NCBI GenBank assembly: GCA_009782665.1 | Contig: WRIP01000001.1 | Location: forward strand, 1-32,459 | Length of the DNA: 32,459 nucleotides | Origin: Oscillospiraceae bacterium | GTDB lineage: Bacteria > Bacillota > Clostridia > Oscillospirales > Ruminococcaceae | Reading direction: 5' to 3' | In this document: piece by piece, positions 28,084 through 32,459 of the stretch | How the letters are laid out: every line of letters begins with the position of its first letter | How positions within the stretch are numbered: the stretch's first letter is position 1 | Notes under the pieces: model-generated | Told to the model about the DNA's origin: nothing | Database searches by the model: none | What the model saw: the letters and a program-made list of their open reading frames with translations, nothing else | Program-made: the position numbers and the translations under genes

Positions 28084-30089
28084 ATGGATTTCAAGGAGTA
28101 TAAACTACGTAAACCTCTGTTTAATCCTGTACCAGTAAATACATATATTTACGGTTTAATTGGAGCACTAGTATTTGTTTCGGTATTTGGATTTCTTCCC
28201 TTGAATCCGATGCGGGATGCTTGGATCATGAACGGGTATGTTGAGGGAGATATAATCGGGCACTACGCCGGGTAGCTTGGCTTTCGCAGTACTCCCTGGC
28301 AATGGCCCTTGGGTTGGGTTCCCTCATTACAGTATCCCATTGGTATTTCAATATCATTTTCCAATTCAATCCCTCTTGTAGCATATATTTTTAAGTTATT
28401 GTCGTTCTGTCTGCCAAACAGGTTCCAGTATTTCGGAATATATACTCTACTTTGCTATATTTTACAAGGAGTTGCATCCGGTAAACTCGTCGGTCTGTTT
28501 ACCACAAATCGCACTCAGATCTATCTGTCAACGGTATTATTCTGTTTTTCTCCGATACTAATGGAAAGAGCTTTTCGACATACAGCGTTAGCCTCACACT
28601 ATCTGATACTATTTGCCTTGTTCATATATTTTAAGGCTAAGAAATACGGTGAACCGATTTCCCCCGGTTATATTCTTCTGTCAGCAGTTTCCATTCTTAT
28701 TCACCCATATTTTCTGCCGATGATTTTAGGGATACTATTGGCTGATATCATAGACAATACGGCTGTGAGACAAAAGCCCTTTCGCTCATTTATAGTTTTC
28801 GTTGCATCGATCGGATTGACCTTTACAGCGGGATTATGCAGCGGAATCTTTATGTTGGGAGAATCCCAAAGATCATCCGGGTACTGATATTTTTCCATGA
28901 ACCTTAACGCTGCAATCAACCCACGCAGTCTCGGTGATTATAGATGGTCATTGATAATTCCGCCAATGCGTCAGGTACTTGGAAATTATGACGGGTTCAA
29001 TTATCTGGGACTAGGAGTTTTGGTCGCCTTGGGAATCAGCTTAATCGTGATGATAAGGAGAATATCATCAACCGATAGTCGTCTGTTCAAGCTGATAAAA
29101 AAGTATCTCGGCATCATCCTTGTATCAATATTCTTCATCATATTTGCACTCAGCAATACCCTTACTGCAGGAGGACATATTATCTTTGAGTATTCACTAC
29201 CAAAGTTAATAATGTCTCTTTTTTCTCAACTTCGTTCAAGCGGCAGGTTGTTCTACCCGGTATACTATCTCATATTCCTATTGGTGTGTACCACAGTAGT
29301 CAAATATACAAAAAACCGATGATACTGATATCACTGGAAATAACAATCCAGATTTTCGATATGGGAGGAGCTCTTATCCAAAAGCGAGCTTCCTTCTCCG
29401 ATGACAGTATTTTTGCAGCTTCCCGTTCGAATTTCATTAATCGGATAGCATGGGAATTACTGACGGAGACGAATATATCTTCAATAACAGCGGTTGATTT
29501 TGAAAGAGATAATGTTATTGCAGCTTATGCTGCAAAAAACAACATTACTACCAACCTATTAATCTCCCCAAGAGGAAAAACAAACGAACTCAATCAAATC
29601 AGGATGAATACCTTCATCAATATTTTGGAAGGTAATCCGTTAGCAGAGAACACTCTGTATCTGATCACAAAAACCAACCCCTTGTCACCGCTTCTACCAT
29701 ACCTGATTGCGGAAGACGCAAGAATATTTGATCTCGATGAGTATTACGGTTTCTCAGTGATCACCAGTATTTCCGCTCTGAGTGGACGGGATTTTAACGA
29801 TATCGTCATAACGGTTGCTGAAATAACAGATGATTATTGGAGCTATGGAACCAACCATACCATGGGATATATAGCTGTTCCCGATACCGAGTTTAATCGA
29901 TACGCAATACAAAAGGCGAAATATGTAGAATCTGCGTTTGAAAAACTCTCCATAATCGGCTACCGCATTGATGACGCTTACAGTGTATTGGTAATTGAAA
30001 CCATCCGGAATAAGGATCTTAAGGATTTTGAGTATCCATACCCATTTTATATCCGATTTACATTACCAAGAACAAACGAAGGAGTATAA
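28084..30089 (+). pseudogene. Disrupted gene for a large polytopic DUF6311-like membrane protein (two in-frame stops plus one frameshift)
   Basis: Track ORFs 27946-28275, 28309-28887 and 28897-29322 are all in the same frame. They are separated only by TAG (28273..28275) and TGA (28885..28887). ORF 29286-30089 continues in the -1 frame across an A6 run (29310..29315). Read-through gives one coherent protein: ...GDIIGHYAG*LGFRSTPWQWPLG...FQYFGIYTLLCYILQG...SSGY*YFSMNLNAAINP... The likely start is the ATG at 28084. Confidence 0.6.
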
Positions 30090-30122
30090 TTAGGTGACAT
30101 ACTGCTTTGATGTATATTGTTA

Positions 30123-31238
30123 TCATAGTTCAGCAGCAAGTAATAGCTCTGACAGTATTTCATTAGAAACCAAGAAGCCTTTTCGCGTCAAATGTACGTC
30201 ATTATCATACACATTTATGTATCCTTGTTCTTCATATATGGTAAACAGACGTTTCATATTCTCCGGGACAGTAAAGTCAAACATTTGCTTCAGTTTGTTA
30301 AGGGACAGTCCCTCGGTAGTTCGAAGTCTGAGTATGAAATAGTCGGTCCAATCCACCGGACCATCAGATACCATTGCATGCTTGCTGTCACCAGATAATC
30401 TCATAAAGTCCTTCAGGTATTTTCGTGTATCCCCTTCAATGTGGTATCGTTCACAGGCTATGGCGGAGTAAGCTCCAGCTCCGATTCCTATATACTCTTC
30501 ACAGTTCCAATACTTCAGGTTATGTCTACTGCGATATCCGCTGCGTGCGAAGTTGCTTATTTCATACTGACTAAACCCATTTGCAGCTAATACATCGACC
30601 ACATGCATATATATATCGGCAATGATATCGTCGTCGATATACTCTTCTCGATAGAGCTCAGCGAAATATGTATGTGGCTCTCGTTTTAGTATGTATGCCG
30701 ATATATGCTCGATGTCGTATTCCAGAATCGACTCTAACGTCCTATCCACATCGTCGGTGTTTTCACCCGGAAGTGCCAACATAACATCGACACTTATGTT
30801 ATCATATATAGCTGTTGCATACTCCAAGGCGCGTATCGCAACTCGGCGGTCATGGATTCTACCGATATTGCCGAGTGTTAGATCATTTAAGGATTGTATA
30901 CCCAATGAAAGTCGATTGACCCCTGCCAATCGATAATCGGCTAGTTTGGCAAGAGTAGTCGACTCGGGGTTAGCTTCAAGGGTGATTTCAGCATCACTTT
31001 TTACTCTGAAGCGGTTGTTCAGTGCTCCAATCAGTAACGCAAGTTGTTTACTATCGAGTAATGAGGGGGTTCCACCACCGAAGTATATTGTATCAACATC
31101 GATTGGTTCAAAAGCCGAGATCTGGTTGAACAGCGCTGTCATATATGGCTCGATCAAAGAACTATCGGTTTGAGAATAGAAGTCACAGTAGTGACATCGT
31201 TGTCGGCAAAATGGTATGTGAACATATATTCCTGTCAT
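30123..31238 (-). CDS. hemW: Radical SAM HemN-like protein (heme chaperone HemW type)
   Basis: 371 aa. MTGIYVHIPFCRQRCHYCDFYS carries the CxxxCxxC radical-SAM motif. It also has ...IYFGGGTPSLL..., ...NRLSLGIQS... and a HemN_C-like C-terminus. It is divergent from hrcA. Confidence 0.9.
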   Translation of the reverse strand: MTGIYVHIPFCRQRCHYCDFYSQTDSSLIEPYMTALFNQISAFEPIDVDTIYFGGGTPSLLDSKQLALLIGALNNRFRVKSDAEITLEANPESTTLAKLADYRLAGVNRLSLGIQSLNDLTLGNIGRIHDRRVAIRALEYATAIYDNISVDVMLALPGENTDDVDRTLESILEYDIEHISAYILKREPHTYFAELYREEYIDDDIIADIYMHVVDVLAANGFSQYEISNFARSGYRSRHNLKYWNCEEYIGIGAGAYSAIACERYHIEGDTRKYLKDFMRLSGDSKHAMVSDGPVDWTDYFILRLRTTEGLSLNKLKQMFDFTVPENMKRLFTIYEEQGYINVYDNDVHLTRKGFLVSNEILSELLLAAEL

Positions 31239-31309
31239 TGGTCACCTCGTCAAAGCATGGCTAATTCTAACATAATTCAAAAATATTTGTATTTCCGATA
31301 AAAAACCAC

Positions 31310-31337
31310 TTGACAAATGACTAAATCAGAGTATCAT
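31310..31337 (+). promoter_or_regulatory. Candidate sigma-A promoter of the hrcA-grpE operon
   Basis: TTGACA (31310..31315), a 16-nt spacer, then TATCAT (31332..31337), immediately upstream of the CIRCE element. Confidence 0.55.
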
Positions 31338-31342
31338 ATCTA

Positions 31343-31369
31343 TTAGCACTCGTTAGTGTTGAGTGCTAG
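31343..31369 (+). promoter_or_regulatory. CIRCE operator (HrcA binding site)
   Basis: TTAGCACTC-N9-GAGTGCTAG versus the consensus TTAGCACTC-N9-GAGTGCTAA. It lies 22 nt upstream of the hrcA ATG. Confidence 0.9.
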
Positions 31370-31391
31370 CATTTAGTGAAGGTAGCTTTCT

Positions 31392-32402
31392 ATGGAAATC
31401 AGTGACAGAAAACGAACCATACTAACCGCATTGATTACACTCCATGCCGACTCGGGAGATCCGGTAGGATCGGGAATCTTGGCCGGATTCCTTGAATCAC
31501 TCTCGGTCTCTTCTGCGACACTTCGTAACGAGATGGCTGAGTTAACCACACTTGGATTGTTGGAGCAACCTCACACATCTGCCGGACGTATCCCCACACA
31601 GCTTGGTATACGTTACTACATAGATAACCTCATGAATCCCTGGTCGATGGAATCCAAAGAGCGTGAGCAGATAAATAGGATTGTTAGGGGCATGGATAAC
31701 GATCCCGAGAAAGCCACCGAAAAGGCGGCCGGTATTCTAGCAGAGCTGTTCGGGCTATCATCTGTTGCGATGACCCCGCGAGGTAACAATCCGCATCTAG
31801 TACACTTTCGTGTACTAAAGATAGGTAGATATAACTATGCACTCATAGGGGTAACCGATGCCGGTTCGATTCAATCGCGAGTCTGTCGTATTGAAAAAGA
31901 TCTGTCTGAGTCAAGATTGCATCATGTCGAACAACTGCTTAATAAATACCTGGTCTTTATCTCACCCGAAGATGTAAATAATGATTTGATGCTTCGAATC
32001 GGAAGTCAATTGGCAGAAGAATCATTGGCATATACCCCATTGATTCAGTCTGCTCTCTCGTTAGTCGAGAACCTCTCCTCATACAGAGTATACACCGACG
32101 GAGAGCAAAATCTGTTCAGCTATCGCGACGTATACAGTCAGATACTTCCCTATCTTGAGTATATCAACGACAGTAAAAAATTAGCTGAACTACTGCTGAG
32201 AGCACAGACCTCATTTTCGATATATATCGGGGAAGAAATAGATCCCTCTCTCACCAACCTGGGTATGATTACCGGGCATTTCAGAGCCGGACGATTGAAC
32301 GGACATCTAGGAGTTATAGGGCCTGCTCGGATGAATTACGCTTATATACTCCCGAGATTGAGATACTTTTGCGAAGCATTGAGTGAAGCTTTTTCGGAAT
32401 AG
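31392..32402 (+). CDS. hrcA: Heat-inducible transcription repressor HrcA
   Basis: 336 aa. ...RKRTILTALITLHADSGDPVGSGILA.....SVSSATLRNEMAELTTLGLLEQPHTSAGRIPT..G.RYY.D.L. is the canonical HrcA N-terminus. A CIRCE element lies upstream and grpE downstream. Confidence 0.95.
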   Translation: MEISDRKRTILTALITLHADSGDPVGSGILAGFLESLSVSSATLRNEMAELTTLGLLEQPHTSAGRIPTQLGIRYYIDNLMNPWSMESKEREQINRIVRGMDNDPEKATEKAAGILAELFGLSSVAMTPRGNNPHLVHFRVLKIGRYNYALIGVTDAGSIQSRVCRIEKDLSESRLHHVEQLLNKYLVFISPEDVNNDLMLRIGSQLAEESLAYTPLIQSALSLVENLSSYRVYTDGEQNLFSYRDVYSQILPYLEYINDSKKLAELLLRAQTSFSIYIGEEIDPSLTNLGMITGHFRAGRLNGHLGVIGPARMNYAYILPRLRYFCEALSEAFSE

Positions 32403-32421
32403 ATAATATGGAGGAAACATT

Positions 32422-32459
32422 ATGGCAAAAGAAAAAACAGATAACAAGGAGCATGAACG
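32422..32459 (+). CDS. grpE: Start of nucleotide exchange factor GrpE (5' partial, runs off the window end)
   Basis: ATG at 32422 with GGAGGA 7 nt upstream, giving MAKEKTDNKEHE... The call rests on its position after hrcA and a charged N-terminus; only 12 codons are visible. Confidence 0.6.
   Translation, partial: MAKEKTDNKEHE

Noticed and set aside
28273-28887. Idea that the in-frame TAG and TGA in the DUF6311-like gene reflect stop-codon reassignment or Sec/Pyl recoding
   Set aside because: TGA ends the ABC fusion and rnfD-like genes, and TAG ends the kinase and hrcA genes, all at the expected lengths. I saw no SECIS- or PYLIS-like context. A frameshift in the same gene also points to decay.

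Overview
This is a chromosomal, mostly housekeeping window from a low-GC Gram-positive anaerobe. It looks Clostridia/Firmicutes-like: single-chain PFOR, rubrerythrin, HemW, CIRCE-hrcA-grpE and AGGAGG-type ribosome-binding sites. The genetic code is standard, since TAA, TAG and TGA all end conserved genes at the expected lengths. I support about 29 coding regions, one multiply disrupted gene, one gene relic, three intrinsic terminators, a CIRCE operator and a few sigma-A-like promoters. I found no tRNA, rRNA, CRISPR array, transposase or integrase. The best candidate for something undescribed is a stand-alone RnfD/RnfE/RnfA-like membrane trio (8087-10334). It has no RnfC/G/B partners in the window, and all four cysteines that ligate the intramembrane Fe-S centre in canonical Rnf/Nqr are replaced by Ser/Thr. 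Other points of interest follow. A 1162-aa MarR-linked ABC ATPase/FtsX fusion has an ectodomain with 12 perfectly phased (I/L/M/F)-D-F-S-x pentapeptide units and a Met/Gln-rich helical tract. An HtrA-like protein coupled to a two-component system seems to lack the catalytic His. A diverged 68-nt duplicate of the amidotransferase 3' end brackets a URO-D-family gene. A DUF6311-like membrane protein gene carries two in-frame stops and a homopolymer frameshift. All homology statements come from reading the translations by eye; no searches were run.
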